64,000 bases of DNA from Dictyostelium discoideum (taxonomy: Eukaryota): positions 1,408,001-1,472,000 of the forward strand of contig CM000152.2 of assembly GCA_000004695.1 (NCBI GenBank), written 5' to 3'. Shown here one piece after another: positions 27,464 through 42,853 of the stretch; position 1 is the stretch's first letter; each line of letters begins with the position of its first letter. The notes under the pieces were generated by a model, which did not search any database, had not been told where the DNA came from, and was given only the letters and a program-made list of their open reading frames with translations. The position numbers and the translations under genes are program-made.

Positions 27464-29785
27464 ATGACAACAATTGATATATTATTTAAAAAAGTTTTCA
27501 AAAATAAAATTTTATTTAATTTAATTTATGGATATGTTCATTGTAAAGAAAGTGTATTAGATTGGACAATTAAAAGTTTATTAGAAAGAAAAGAATTTAA
27601 AAAATTTGAAGAAATTATTAATTGTAATTTACATTCAAAAATAACTCAAGATAATTGGTATTTTGAATTGAAACCAAAAGAAAGTGACATAATACCTTTA
27701 CTAAATTATAGAGGATTAAAATCATCAACTCTAATACTATTTTATTGTAAATTTAAACACCTTTTTTTTAAAAACAAATTAAAGAATAAAATCATCAGTG
27801 AATCATTAAAAGGTGGAAATTTAGAAATTGTCATGTTTTTACTTGAACAAGGATTTCAATACAAGTTCAGTAAATTTAATGACCATGCTGCTAAATTCCA
27901 TAGCGGATTATTTGAACAGGTTTTAGATTGTGGTAATAGTTTAGATTGTTATAATTTCATTTTGTCAATTCTTCCAAATTTGATAACACCAACACTTTAC
28001 AACCAAGATAGAACAGTTTCATGGCTAATAAAATATTTCTCTGGAAAAAGGTATTATAATATTTATCCAATAATAATACCATTAATAAATACTGCAATTG
28101 GTCTTGCATATGCAATTAAAATTAGTTTTCAAAATTTAGATCTCAAATTATCAAATCAAATCATTATTCAAAATAATAAATTAAATTTAATAACAAAATC
28201 ATCAATTATTATAATGATTGCAAAAGATTCAAATTTTATAATGAATAATAAATATTTTAAAATATTTTCAAACTATATATCAAACACCACCACTAATACC
28301 ACTAATACCACCACTGATAATCACTATAATATAAATTTATTTGAAAGAGTTAAAAAAAGTTCATTTTTTAAAGATAAAGTAGTTTATAGTTTAAAATTAT
28401 GGCAAGTTAATGAAGACTTATTAGGATTGATTTGTGGTTGTTATGTACCAAATTCACTTGAGGAATTTAAATTTATGTTAAAGAATGTTTCAAAATTTAA
28501 AACTTGTTTCAGTTCGAGGTATAATCTAATTTTATTAGCTCGACATATATCAAGTGACTTATTGGATTTAGAATATTCAAAATACTTTATCAATGAATAT
28601 TTTCATAATGGTTTTACTATCGATAATAGTGAAAATACAAATCAAGATTATTCAATTTGTGTTCGAATTTTTTGTGATAGTACACCTGAAATTTCATGTT
28701 ATTTTTTAAAAGAGAAAATATCAAAAAGAATGATACCATTAATTTCATCTAGTGATTTATTTTTAAGAGGATCTAGTAGTTCAAATTTTGGTAATTTAAA
28801 AATTTTAAAATATGCTGAAAAGAATTATTCAGTAAAGCCAACTATAGATACTTTACATTCCGCTGTATTAAATGGTTATACGGAAATAATTAAATATCTT
28901 TGTGAAACGTTACCACCGATCTCGTCATTTCCACCACCATTAAGAGTACCTCAATTACAACAAGTATTAATGATGTTAATGACATGTGAAAAAAACAATG
29001 ATTTTCAATCATTTACCACTATTATACAATCTAAATCTATAACGTTTTTTAGATTTGTAGAATCTAAATCTGTTTTAGAATATAAGTTACTTGAAAATAA
29101 AGTAAATTTTAAATCTAAATTTTTAAATCACCTTTTTAAAGAGAAATTAATAGATAGTAAAGCTATATTTAAAAGGTATTGTAAAATTGATTTAAATTTA
29201 TTTTTATTATTTAAATATAATCAAGATTGGATTAATCAAGAATACTTTTTTCAATTAATTCAAGATTCAAATATTCAAATTTTTAATAATATTATACTTG
29301 ATGAATTGTTTTTATCAACTTTTTTAATAACTGATAAATTAAAAGATAAATTTATAATTACATTAATTTCAAATTGTCCAAGAAGATTATTATATTTTAT
29401 TTTAAATTCAAATTATTTATTAGAAATTGGTTTTAATAGAATTTTTAAATATTTAATTTTATTTTCAAATTCACCATCAATCACTATAAATCAATTATTA
29501 TCAATTACCACCATCACCACCGCCAATAATAATAATTTTTATAATAGTTTACTACTTAATTTAATATTATTTTATGATAAAAATTTAAATTTAATTAAAG
29601 AAATTAAATTTTCAAATCAATCTAATAATAATAACAATAATAATAATAATAATTATTATTTTAAAAATTTTAAAGATTTTCTAAATCAAACATTATCTGA
29701 AAAGAGTCAAAAAAAATTTAAAGATAATTATTTTAAAATTTTAAATTCTTCAAATATTTTAAATCAAATTGGTTTTAATTATTAA
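27464..29785 (+). CDS. hypothetical 773-aa Leu/Ile/Asn/Lys-rich protein with degenerate ankyrin-like helical repeats
   Basis: A single ATG ORF with ankyrin-like segments (GGNLEIVMFLLEQGFQ, LHSAVLNGYTEIIKYLCE). It resembles the 49351..51600 product in composition and length. Confidence 0.4.
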   Translation: MTTIDILFKKVFKNKILFNLIYGYVHCKESVLDWTIKSLLERKEFKKFEEIINCNLHSKITQDNWYFELKPKESDIIPLLNYRGLKSSTLILFYCKFKHLFFKNKLKNKIISESLKGGNLEIVMFLLEQGFQYKFSKFNDHAAKFHSGLFEQVLDCGNSLDCYNFILSILPNLITPTLYNQDRTVSWLIKYFSGKRYYNIYPIIIPLINTAIGLAYAIKISFQNLDLKLSNQIIIQNNKLNLITKSSIIIMIAKDSNFIMNNKYFKIFSNYISNTTTNTTNTTTDNHYNINLFERVKKSSFFKDKVVYSLKLWQVNEDLLGLICGCYVPNSLEEFKFMLKNVSKFKTCFSSRYNLILLARHISSDLLDLEYSKYFINEYFHNGFTIDNSENTNQDYSICVRIFCDSTPEISCYFLKEKISKRMIPLISSSDLFLRGSSSSNFGNLKILKYAEKNYSVKPTIDTLHSAVLNGYTEIIKYLCETLPPISSFPPPLRVPQLQQVLMMLMTCEKNNDFQSFTTIIQSKSITFFRFVESKSVLEYKLLENKVNFKSKFLNHLFKEKLIDSKAIFKRYCKIDLNLFLLFKYNQDWINQEYFFQLIQDSNIQIFNNIILDELFLSTFLITDKLKDKFIITLISNCPRRLLYFILNSNYLLEIGFNRIFKYLILFSNSPSITINQLLSITTITTANNNNFYNSLLLNLILFYDKNLNLIKEIKFSNQSNNNNNNNNNNYYFKNFKDFLNQTLSEKSQKKFKDNYFKILNSSNILNQIGFNY

Positions 29786-29806
29786 AAACTAATTTTTAAA
29801 TAAATA

Positions 29807-29858
<52 letters not shown>

Positions 29859-29953
29859 ATTAAATTATTAAATTTGGTTTTAATATGAAATTAATTATTT
29901 TTATTAATTATTTGTTTATTTTTTTTTTTTTTTTTTTTTTTTTTAATAATTTA

Positions 29954-31078
29954 TTAAAGTTCTGAAGTTGGATTTATTTTTTTCTCAATTCTAATACCTT
30001 CTTGGGAATGTTCTTTAATTTCTTCTTCACCAACTGGATTAATGATTGTTGGTTTATGGAAATGATTTTCTAAAATGATTGGTTCATTATTATTGAGGAC
30101 AATCTTATTACTAATTTCATGGTTAACTAAACGATGATCGGATTCGTCTTGTCTAATTACCAAGATTAAGTCTCTTAAAGTTGCGTCTTCTGGAAGACCC
30201 CAATATTCAATGGCGATTTGTGGAGCTTTATAATTTGGAACTTTACCAGAATCAATATCTTCCAACATATGAGTATAGGTAACTACTGCTTGTTCTTCAA
30301 GATAACCTGTGAAACGATGTGCTGTCTTTGGTGATAATACATAAAATACCAAGAATAAATTCCAATAAATTGCTTGAGTAACTGCTACCATACCTCTTTC
30401 AAGTAATGTTGGTTTGGTAAGCTCCATAAATGATAAAAGATGCATTCTCTCATTCTCCATTTCATCCATTAATATTTTAATCCAATTATTACTTTGCATA
30501 TTTCTTAATGTTTTTAAATGTAAAAACATACCAGCAACTAAACCTGGAACAGCTATTTTAATTTTTAAAAAAAAAAAAATAAAAATAAAAAAAAAAAAAA
30601 AAAAATTAAAAAATTAATATATTAAATATTTAAATAATAATAAATTATAAATAATAAACTTACCAGCAACAGTTTCTAAAACAATTGCATAATGTAAAAA
30701 CTTTTCTTTAAAGAATAAATTTGAAAATTTTCTTAAAAATAAAACAGAGAATTTTGCAAAGTTATCAGATAAACTTTTAGCTTCATAGGATGGTGGCATT
30801 ACGAAATCTTTTTCAATTTTAATTAAAACATCACGTGGAGTAAAGGAATACAATGTTGAATTTCTATGGTAAAGTGGATTTTGAGGCTTTTCACTTCTTT
30901 TATCGAGCATTACTTTACTTGATGAGAATGATGAAAAACTTCTAATTGAACTATTAATTGAAATACTGGTTGAAGCTAATCCATTATTACTATTTAAGGT
31001 ATTACCTTTTGAAATTGAATTTAATAATAATTTATTTAAATTATTATTTTTATTTAAAACTGTTACGTATTTGAACAT
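29954..31078 (-). CDS. aoxA: mitochondrial alternative oxidase (AOX); 2 exons
   Basis: CDS is complement join(29954..30552,30664..31078). The intron 30553-30663 has a GTAAGT donor and TAG acceptor. The di-iron ligand motifs are present: LETVA-VPGLVAGMFLHLKTL, ENERMHLLSFME, LEEQAVVTYTHML and RDLILVIRQDESDHRLVNH. The N-terminus is Ser-rich and presequence-like. Confidence 0.8.
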
Positions 31079-31980
31079 TTTCTTTTTTTTTTTTTTTTTT
31101 TTTTTTTATTTATATATATCTTTGATTATGTTTTTTTTTTTTTTTTTTTTTAAGTTTTTAGGAGAAAAAAAAAAAAAAAATTTACTTATAAATAATTTTA
31201 TTAATAAACCGATTATTTATTTTTATTTGTATTTTAATAAAATGAAAAAAAAAAAAAATTATCGGGCCTTAAATATTTTCATCATAAATTGTTTTTTTTT
31301 TTTAATTTATTAAAAATTAATTAAAAAATTATTTTTTTTATTTTTTTTTTTTTTAATTGGTTATTAATCAACATGACACGAAATTTTTGGTTGTGGTTTG
31401 AAAATAGATATTTTTATGGTTTTTTTTTTTATTGGTTAATAAAAAATATAAAAAAAATGAAAAAAAAAAAAAAATAAAAAAAAAAATATAACTTTTGCAG
31501 ATCAACACTGCTTATTTAATCGAAAGAGTATAAATTTTTTAATTTCGAAGGTAGATAAAAAGTCAAAACTATCCAAACCGTAAAAATTTTTTTCATTTTT
31601 TTTTTTTTTTTTTTTTTTGGGACAAGTCACTGAAATTTCATATTTTATTTTATGGAATATGATTCTATAAATAAATATGTTTTTTAATTATTCCACAAAT
31701 AAATAAATAAATAGAAGAAGCGAATAGAATAGAATCAAAATCAAAATCAAAACAATAAAAATAAAAAATTAACTGGGGGTATATTTTGCAATAATAACAA
31801 CACATTTCCTTTTTTAATCTTTTTTTTTTTCTCTCTATTCATCCTTTAAAATTAAATTTATTTTTTATTTTTTATTTTTTTATTTAATTTACAAATATTT
31901 TTTTTTATTACTTTTTTTAAAATGAATAAAAAAAAAAAGAAAAAAATAAAATAATACATTATTATTGCTACTATCATTAA

Positions 31981-32031
<51 letters not shown>
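31981..32031. repeat. (ATT)n microsatellite
   Basis: Seen directly in the sequence. Confidence 0.8.
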
Positions 32032-32032
<1 letters not shown>

Positions 32033-32056
32033 TATAAAAGTTGATGTTAATTAATA

Positions 32057-32625
32057 TTATTCACGAACACCTAATAATCTATTTAATTTATAATCGAATA
32101 AATCACATCTAATTTGCATTTCAATTTCATAGAAAGGATTCTTTAAAACGTAATCTGTATATAATTCATAAACACCATGTAAAAGCTCTTCTAATTGTTG
32201 ATGATTTGGATCTGCTATAACATAAAATTTAATACCTGTATGTGTTTGAAAACATTGAAGTTTGAAAGCCTCTGTTTCAATTACTTCTATACCTGAACTA
32301 GATCCACTAACTGGTGATAAATTACTCGCAATTGCATGTAAACTGTGAAATGTTGAACCTAGTCTAATATATGAATTGTGTGATAGTTTCTCTGTATTCC
32401 CAAAATCCTATATTTTATTATATATACACACACACATAAATAAATAGATATTATTTTTTTTATTTTTTTTATTTTTTTTTTTTTTGATTTAAAACTATTA
32501 ATATTAAAATAAAAAATAAACCTCATTTATTTCAAAATAAAATATCTCTACCAAATATCTAATCGTACATTTTGATATATAAGAGTTCCCGCTTTATTTA
32601 AAATATATATTGAATTTATTGTCAT
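32057..32625 (-). CDS. TRAPP complex subunit 1 (Bet5/TRAPPC1, sybindin fold); 2 exons
   Basis: Exon 2 (32057..32407) encodes DFGNTEKLSHNSYIRLGSTFHSLHAIASNLSP...FQTHTGIKFYVIADPN...LHGVYELYTDYVLKNPFYEIEMQIRCDLFDYKLNRLL, which aligns with human TRAPPC1 (YETPTGIKVVMNTDLG). Exon 1 begins at ATG 32625 (MTINSIYILNKAGTLIYQN, cf. MTVHNLYLFDRNGVCLHY). The only phase-compatible donor is the unusual GTACGA at 32568, so the exon 1 end (about 32569) is uncertain. Confidence 0.55.
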
Positions 32626-33027
32626 TGTGTATTTTGAAATTAAAGAAAAAAAAAATAAAAAAAAATAAAAAATAAAAAAAAATAAAAAATAAAAAAAAAT
32701 AAAATTAAAAATTTTTTTTTTTTTTTTTTTTTTTTTAATATTGAAATTTAAAAAGGTAATCAAACTGCAATGTGTATAAAAAAAAAAAAAAAAGGAAAAA
32801 AAAAAAAAAGTTAACATCCCCATTATGTTGCTCTAAAAATAAAATATGCAAAAAATAAAAATAAAAAAAAAACATGGAAAAAGAACACATATTGTAATTT
32901 TGCATTTTTTTTTATTAATTTTTTTTTTGTTTTTTTATTAATTTTTTTTTTGTTTTTCTATTAATTTTTTTTTTTTTTTCTTTTTAAGCAACAAACTACT
33001 TCAACCAATAAAAAGTAGTAGTTAATT

Positions 33028-33060
<33 letters not shown>

Positions 33061-33073
33061 TAATAATAACGAA

Positions 33074-33741
33074 ATGGATAGCATTAATATGACAGAAAAA
33101 GAAAAAATGACTAAAGGGTTAATGTATGACTCATTTGATGAAGAATTATGTAAAGATAGAACAGAAGCCAGAGAACTTATTCATAGATTTAATAATAGTA
33201 TGGATAAATTGGAAAGAAAAGATATCACCAAACAATTATTTGGATCAACTGGCGAAAAGATTTATATTGAGCCAACATTAAGAGTGGATTATGGTTACAA
33301 TATTCATGTTGGTGAGAATTTCTTTGCAAACTTTGGTACGATATTTTTAGATACTTGTCCAATCACAATTGGAAAGAATGCAATGTTAGCTCCAAACGTT
33401 CAATTTTATTCCGCAACTCACCCAATTGATCCAACTGAACGTAACTCTGGTTTAGAATTAGGTAGGCCTATTACAATTGGAGATAATGTTTGGATTGGGT
33501 AGGTTCTCCTTCTTCTTCTTTTCTCTTCTTTATTATTTATTAATTTATTAATTTATGAAAAAAAATTGAAAAAATTGAAAAAATTAAAAGTGGGGGTGTA
33601 ATAATTTTGCCAGGTGTTGAATTAGGAGATAATGTTGTTGTTGGTGCTGGTGCTGTGGTGACTAAATCATTTGGAAGTAATGTTGTTATTGCTGGAAATC
33701 CTGCCAAAATTATTAAACAAATACCTGTTAAATCTGAATAA
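33074..33741 (+). CDS. maltose/galactoside O-acetyltransferase-like (hexapeptide-repeat, left-handed beta-helix); 2 exons
   Basis: CDS is join(33074..33498,33591..33741), with a GTAGGT donor and AAAAG acceptor. The motifs are the Mac-N-like [21 protein letters not shown], the hexapeptide stretch [39 protein letters not shown], and [33 protein letters not shown]...IAGNPAKII. Confidence 0.75.
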
Positions 33742-33795
33742 ACTTTTATTTATTTATATATTTTGTTTTTTTAATTTAATTTTATCTTACCACTG

Positions 33796-33827
<32 letters not shown>

Positions 33828-34352
33828 ATAGAAATATTAATTTAATTTTAGATTTTTTATTATTCACTTTTTTTTTTACTTATAATTTTTTTTTTTAGGT
33901 TTAACGCATTTTTATTAAAAAAAAAGGGATTGTTTTTCAATCACCTTTTTTTTTTTAATAAAAATGCAATAAGCGCATAAAAAAAAATTTAGAAAAAAAA
34001 AAAAAGAATCATAAAAAACAAAAAAATAAAATATACAAAATAACATAAGATGAATTTAAATTGGTGGAATTAAAATAAAGAAAAAAATAATAATAATAAT
34101 AATAAATGTTTTTTGTCTAATAATAATTTTGAGTGCACAAAATAAAGAAAAAATAAATAAAATTAAAAAAAAAAAAAAAAATTAATCAAAAAGAGAAAAA
34201 AAAATGAAAAAAAAAATGTGATTGCTCCTATAAAAAAAAAAACGTTTAAAAAAAAAAAAAAAAAAAATGAAAAAAAATTTTTAGGCCACGACCAAAAGTA
34301 AAATTTTTTTTTTTTAAAACGGTCTTTCGAATTTGATATACGTACACACACA

Positions 34353-35385
34353 ATGAAGGTATGATTATATCCACATATTTTATTCATTTAATTATTTATA
34401 TAAAGTTGTCAATCTTTATCAATCTTTATCAATTCAGATAGATCGTTAGTTAAATAAGAGACATATGGTGGATAATGATGAAAGATATGCAACCAATACA
34501 CACACGCACACATACACAAACTACATGAGTAGAGAGAAGAGTAACTAACAATTATAATTTTTAGCTTAACATTGCTTACCCAGTCAACGGATCCCAAAAA
34601 AAGATCAACATTGAAGACAAGAACAAAGTTCGTTGCTTCATGGAAAAGAGAATTGGCCAAGAAGTTGAAGGTTTGTGTTTATTTTTAAATTTTATATAGG
34701 TTAGGGGTGGAATTATTTGTTTATTGATTTTTAGGTAAAATTAGAAGGATGTAATATTAATTTATAAATTTCAAAATAAATTATAGCCACTACTTTAGGT
34801 GATGAATTCAAAGGTTACGTTTTCAAGATCACTGGTGGAAATGATACTGAAGGTTTCCCAATGATGCAAGGTGTTGGTGCCCCAACTAGAGTTCGTTTAT
34901 TATTAGATGGTCGTTCAGGTTGTTTCAAACCAAGCCGTGATGGTGAAAGAAAGAGAAAATCAGTTCGTGGTTGTATCGTTGCTGAAGATATCGCCTCTTT
35001 ACAATTAATCATTGTCAAGAAAGGTGATGCTGAAATTCCAGGCCTCACTGATGTCTCATTCCCAGCCTCAAAAGGTCCAAAGAGAGCCTCAAACATTAGA
35101 AAACTCTTCAAATTATCAAAAGACGAAGATGTCCGTTCTTTCGTCATCCGTCGTGAATTACCAGCCACCGACAAAAGAAAAGCTAAATCAAAAGCACCAA
35201 AGATCCAACGTTTAGTTACCCCAACCACCGTTGCCCGTAGAAAGGCTCTCCGTGCTAAAAAAGCTGCTCGTCACACTAAAGCCAGCAATGAAGCCGCCGA
35301 ATACGCTAAACTCGTTGCCCAAAGACAACAAGCTAAAGCCAAGAGATCCGTCAAAGTTTCAAGCAAAAAAGTTGTTGCCAAGTAA
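34353..35385 (+). CDS. rps6: 40S ribosomal protein S6 (eS6); 3 exons with a 6-nt first exon
   Basis: CDS is join(34353..34358,34565..34670,34787..35385). Exon 1 is ATGAAG followed by GTATGA. Exon 2 encodes [35 protein letters not shown]. Exon 3 encodes [30 protein letters not shown]...RVRLLL...[13 protein letters not shown]...LVIVKKG...PGLTD...[27 protein letters not shown]...[10 protein letters not shown]. This is colinear with human RPS6. Confidence 0.85.
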
Positions 35386-36247
35386 ATAAATAATACTTTT
35401 TTCCCTATAAAATAATATCATCCAATTTTTTGTTTTTTTTTTTTTATTATTATTTTTGGAAAGTTTTATTTTTAGATTATTTAAATTTTTAAGAAATGAA
35501 ATATTACTATTTTTGGGGGTAAAATTTGATAAAATTTTCTATATTCTTTATTTTAAAATTTTATTGGAAATCAATTTTTTTTTTTTTTTTTTTATCAATT
35601 AATTATTATATTTTGCCTTTTTTGGCTTTAAAAATTATTGGTTTGTTTTTGGAAAAAAAAAAAAAAAGGTATTTTTAGGAAAATAATAAATGATTTGAAA
35701 TTAAATAAATAGTTTTTTAAAATCGATCTATTGCTAGAAATGGTAAAGTTTTTTTTATTTATTATTTATTTATTTTTTATTTAATTTTTTATTAAATTTT
35801 TATTTTTAAAAACAATTAAAAATAAAAGAATTTTTTTTTTTTTTCAGATTCTTTATTTTTGGTTTTTTTAATTTTGGCGCCAGAAATGATTTTTAAGAAA
35901 ATAGTTTTTTTCTTTTTTTTTTTTTTTCTTTATTTTTTTTTTTAATTTTATTTTTTTTTTTATTTTATTTTATTTTTTTTTTATTTTTTCGTTTTTACCA
36001 CAAAAATTTTTTTAAAAAAAAAAATAATAAATTCCTTCCATTGACCTTTAATTTTTTTTGTGTGGATAAACAATTAAAACAATTTCTTTTTTGTTTTGTT
36101 TTTTTTTTTTTAAAAAAGATTTTTTATTCCTTTTTTTTTTTTTTTTCTTTATTTTTATTTTCCACAAAAAAAAACAAAAAAAAAAAAAAAACAAAAATAA
36201 ACAAAAAAACAAAAAAAAAAAGATAAAGTTTATATTTGATAATAGTA

Positions 36248-37515
36248 ATGGAATGTAATAGAGAAGATGCAATTAAAGCTAAGGAGTTGGGAGAAAGTTA
36301 TTTTAAACAACAAAATTACACAAAATCGTTATCACTTTTTACAAAATCAAAAAGATTATATCCAACTGATGGTATTGACCAATTAATATCCAAAGCTGAA
36401 GCTTTTTTAAATAATAGTAATAGTAATAGTAATAATAATAACAGCAGCAATAATAATAATAACGGTAACAGCGGCAATAAATCATATACACCTTCATCAA
36501 CAACAACAACAGCAACAACTGCAACCTCAACATTAGAATATACAAAAGAACAATTTGAAATATCCAAAAGAGTATTGGATTCAAAAACTCATTATGAAAA
36601 ATTATCACTTTTAGTGAATTGTACAGATGTAGATATAAAAAGGCAATATAGAGCACTGGCAAAACTATTACATCCCGATAAAAATAAAGCACCTCATGCT
36701 CAACAAGCATTTCAAGAAATTAAAGTAGCAAACGATATATTAAGTGACGCAATTCAAAGAAAACGGTATGATGTTCAACATAGAATACATCAAAAACCAC
36801 AAACAAATCGTTACCAACAACAACATCAACAACAGCAACAACAACCATTTTATAATAATTTTACATATACAGCAGAAACAGCATATGCACAAGCACATTC
36901 ACATCAAAGACAGCAACAGCAACAACAACAACAACAACAACAATACCAGGAGGAATTCAAAAGGAGACAGGCTGCAGTGAGAGCGGCTCAACAGCAACAA
37001 TATCAGCAACAACAACAACAACAACAGCAGCAACAACAGCAACAACAGCAACAACAACAAAAAAGATCAACATTTGTAGAGGTAAAATGTATAAATTCAC
37101 CCAATTGCCCACCTATAGTGGTCTCACAAGTTGTTTACGATTGTTATAATCGTGGTGATGTTAGTATTTTATGTAATAGTTGCTCAAAGGAGAGCACCTA
37201 TGTAAAGTGTAAATCGTGTCAATCTATTTATCATTTGGATGATAAATTTAAATCAGTATCTCATGATCTTACATGCCAAATGCCAAGTTGTAAAAGGTCG
37301 GTATCAGTTGGATTTCCAAATTTAATTTATGATGTAAAATTGAAAAACACTTTTATGAGAGGTTCAAAAGCACCCGAAACTACACCACCAGTTACTGGTA
37401 GAATACCAAGACCAAAATTTCCACCCGCAACTACTCGACAAAAACAATCAACTCAACCACAACAACCAATATTTAACCAACCACAACAACAACCAATACA
37501 TACTCAACAGCAATC

Positions 37516-37571
<56 letters not shown>

Positions 37572-37585
37572 CACAACAACAGTAA
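36248..37585 (+). CDS. DnaJ (J-domain) protein with N-terminal TPR-like region and C-terminal Cys-rich zinc-finger region
   Basis: The ORF-track start 36236 is TTG; the first ATG is at 36248. The J domain is [61 protein letters not shown], with the HPD motif present. The Cys cluster is CINSPNCPP...[27 protein letters not shown]...CQMPSCKR. The ORF ends at TAA 37583 inside a CAA repeat, immediately before a 100-N gap. Confidence 0.55.
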
Positions 37586-37610
37586 CAACAACAACAACAA
37601 CTAACAACAA

Positions 37611-37710
37611 NNNNNNNNNNNNNNNNNNNNNNNNNNNNNNNNNNNNNNNNNNNNNNNNNNNNNNNNNNNNNNNNNNNNNNNNNNNNNNNNNNNNNNNNNN
37701 NNNNNNNNNN
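37611..37710. other. assembly gap (100 N)
   Basis: A run of N inside a (CAA)n tract. Confidence 0.99.
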
Positions 37711-37711
37711 A

Positions 37712-40417
<2,706 letters not shown>

Positions 40418-40551
40418 TGTAAATAAAACTTTATATGCACCCAATAGATGTGTGTATATAGTTGTAAATAATTTTATAACAATATTAAATGTAAAAAAAA
40501 AAAAAAAAAAAAATTTACTTTGTTTTATTACTTTATTATTTTATTATTTTA

Positions 40552-42485
40552 TTATTTTATTATTTTCAAATTAAATAAATTTGTTAAAATAAATAAAAGT
40601 TGGTTATATGGTTGTTGGATAGTTGATGATAATGAAGATAATGTTTGATTATTTGTTATAATTGTTGAAATTTGATTTATATGAAGTTGATTTAAATGAT
40701 TAATATTTCCAAGATTTTGAAAATAGTCATTTAAAAAATCACACACAATTAAAATGAATGTTTCATCACTATCAATTCCATCATTTTCTTCATTAATAAT
40801 TTGAATTGGTTTTAGAAGATTCTGTTGTTGGTAATTAATAATTACATTTAAAATGATTGATAATGTAAAAGGATTTTTTATAATTGAATTTAATAATGGT
40901 TGTTTTGTAATCATTGATGCTGAAGATTTATCAAAATATAAATTTGAAAATAAATAAATAAATTCTCTTAATAATATTCCATTTTCATTTTGATCCGTAT
41001 TTGATAAGAATCTATCAATAAATTTATTCTCTATAATTATAATTTGATTGATTTCATTTAATTGATTTGAATATGCTGTTAAATTTGATAACAAATACAT
41101 TGATTCATTTAATAAACCTTGATTAATGAAATCATTATTATTATTATTGTTTTCATGATTATTAATATCTTCATTTAATAATATATTATTTATAATAATA
41201 GATATAATTTCTTTAATTACATTATTATTATTATTACTATTTTCATTTTGTATGACTTGAGTGAAAAGAATTGGTTCTAAAACTAACCAACCTAAAATTC
41301 TTATACATGGTGATAATAGTATTGGATTTTCAATATGGTTCATTATTATAAAGTTCATAATAGTTTTAAATATACTATTATCGATAGTTAAAAATTTAAT
41401 TGTTTCAGGTTTAATACTGGATATATTAACTAAAAAATCATTTAATAACCAAAGTAAGTGATATAAAATTTCAATTTCTATGAAATTTTCATTTTGTTTT
41501 TCTTGTTCTTGTTGTTGAGGTTGTTTAATTTTATTATTTAATCTATTATTTCTAAAATTAATTTGATCATTTAATTGTAAAAGTATATTACTATTATTAT
41601 TATTATTATTTTGATTGGTAAAAAATTTTATTAAAATTGAAGGGGATGGTAGAGGTTGAATTAATAAACTTGATAATGTAAAACAAGTCGTAATAGTAAG
41701 TGATGGTACCCTTGAAGATAATAAAGTAACTAAAGGTGGTAGTATACCTTGATGTATTAATAAATCTCTATACTCTTTTGAATCTAATGAAATATTTCCT
41801 AAGGCCCATGCACATTGATCTTGTAATGTACTATTATTACTTGATAAATGATTAATTAAAAACGGTGTACTATTAATAATAGATTTAGTATATTCTGATC
41901 CTGCTATGTTTGTTATACACCATGCTGCTTCTAACTGATTTCCATCATCCATTGGGTCATTTAACATCTTTAATAAAAAATCAATAAATAAATTATTACT
42001 ACTTTTATTATCATTATTATTATTATTATTATTATTATTTTGTTCATTAAAATTAACTAATAATTCAATTGCTATATTTAAATTATTTGATGATAATAGA
42101 TTTCTTAAACTGACTAATGTTTGTTTTTTTTGGTAATTTGAATATTTTCTAAAATATTGCTGTTGTAATTTCTAAAATAATAAACTCAAAAATAAAAAAA
42201 AAATGATATTAATTAGCTATTATATTAGGAACTAAATTAATAGTAAGAATTTAAACTTACAATTTGACCATGTAACTTTTTTAATTCATTTTTAATATTA
42301 TCTGTAATATCATCTTTGAGCTGTTGAATATGTTCTTCATTTTGTTTTTGTATTTTTTGACGTTTTTCAACTATAATTTGATTTTTTAAAATTTGTCGAA
42401 TAAAATCTTGTTTTTCTTTTCTTTTTTCTTTATACTCGTTTGTTGTAGTTGTTTTTCTGTATTCACTATTTCTATTGTTATTCAT
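40552..42485 (-). CDS. armadillo-repeat protein (importin-alpha-like ARM repeats); 2 exons
   Basis: CDS is complement join(40552..42171,42261..42485). The intron 42172-42260 has a GTAAGT donor and TTTTAG acceptor. The ARM signatures are EAAWCITNIAGSEYTKSII and DQCAWALGNISLDSKEYRDLLIHQGILPPLVTLL. Exon 1 is basic (EYKEKRKEKQDFIRQILKNQIIVEKRQKIQKQ), reminiscent of an IBB-like segment. Confidence 0.55.
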
Positions 42486-42853
42486 TGTTGTTATTTTAAA
42501 TTAAAAAAAAAAAAAAAAAAAAAATTTTGGGAAAAAAAAAAAATTGATTTTTTTTTTTTTTTTTTTAAATATTTTATTTTGGACAAAGAAATAGTGGTTT
42601 GGGATTATTAATAAAATAGTTCCATCCTTCCAGCCTAAAATAGGTAGTCTGTAGGATGGAATTAACAAGTTATTTTTTTATTTTTGTATGATTAATAAAG
42701 TGGTTTAGATCTTTGTCTTTTGTCCTTTTATACAGTGAAATAGTGGAATTCCACTATTTCACTGTATAAAATAAAATAAAATAAATAAATAATATAATTA
42801 AAGGAAAAAATTAATGTTAAAAATACATAGGTTTTTTTTTATTAAAAATAGGT

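Noticed and set aside
34815-35228. Minus-strand 137-aa ORF and plus-strand 67-aa ORF (35012..35215) overlapping the rps6 exon
   Set aside because: The strongly conserved RPS6 reading frame occupies the plus strand. The overlapping ORFs have no features and are chance open frames in relatively GC-rich coding DNA.
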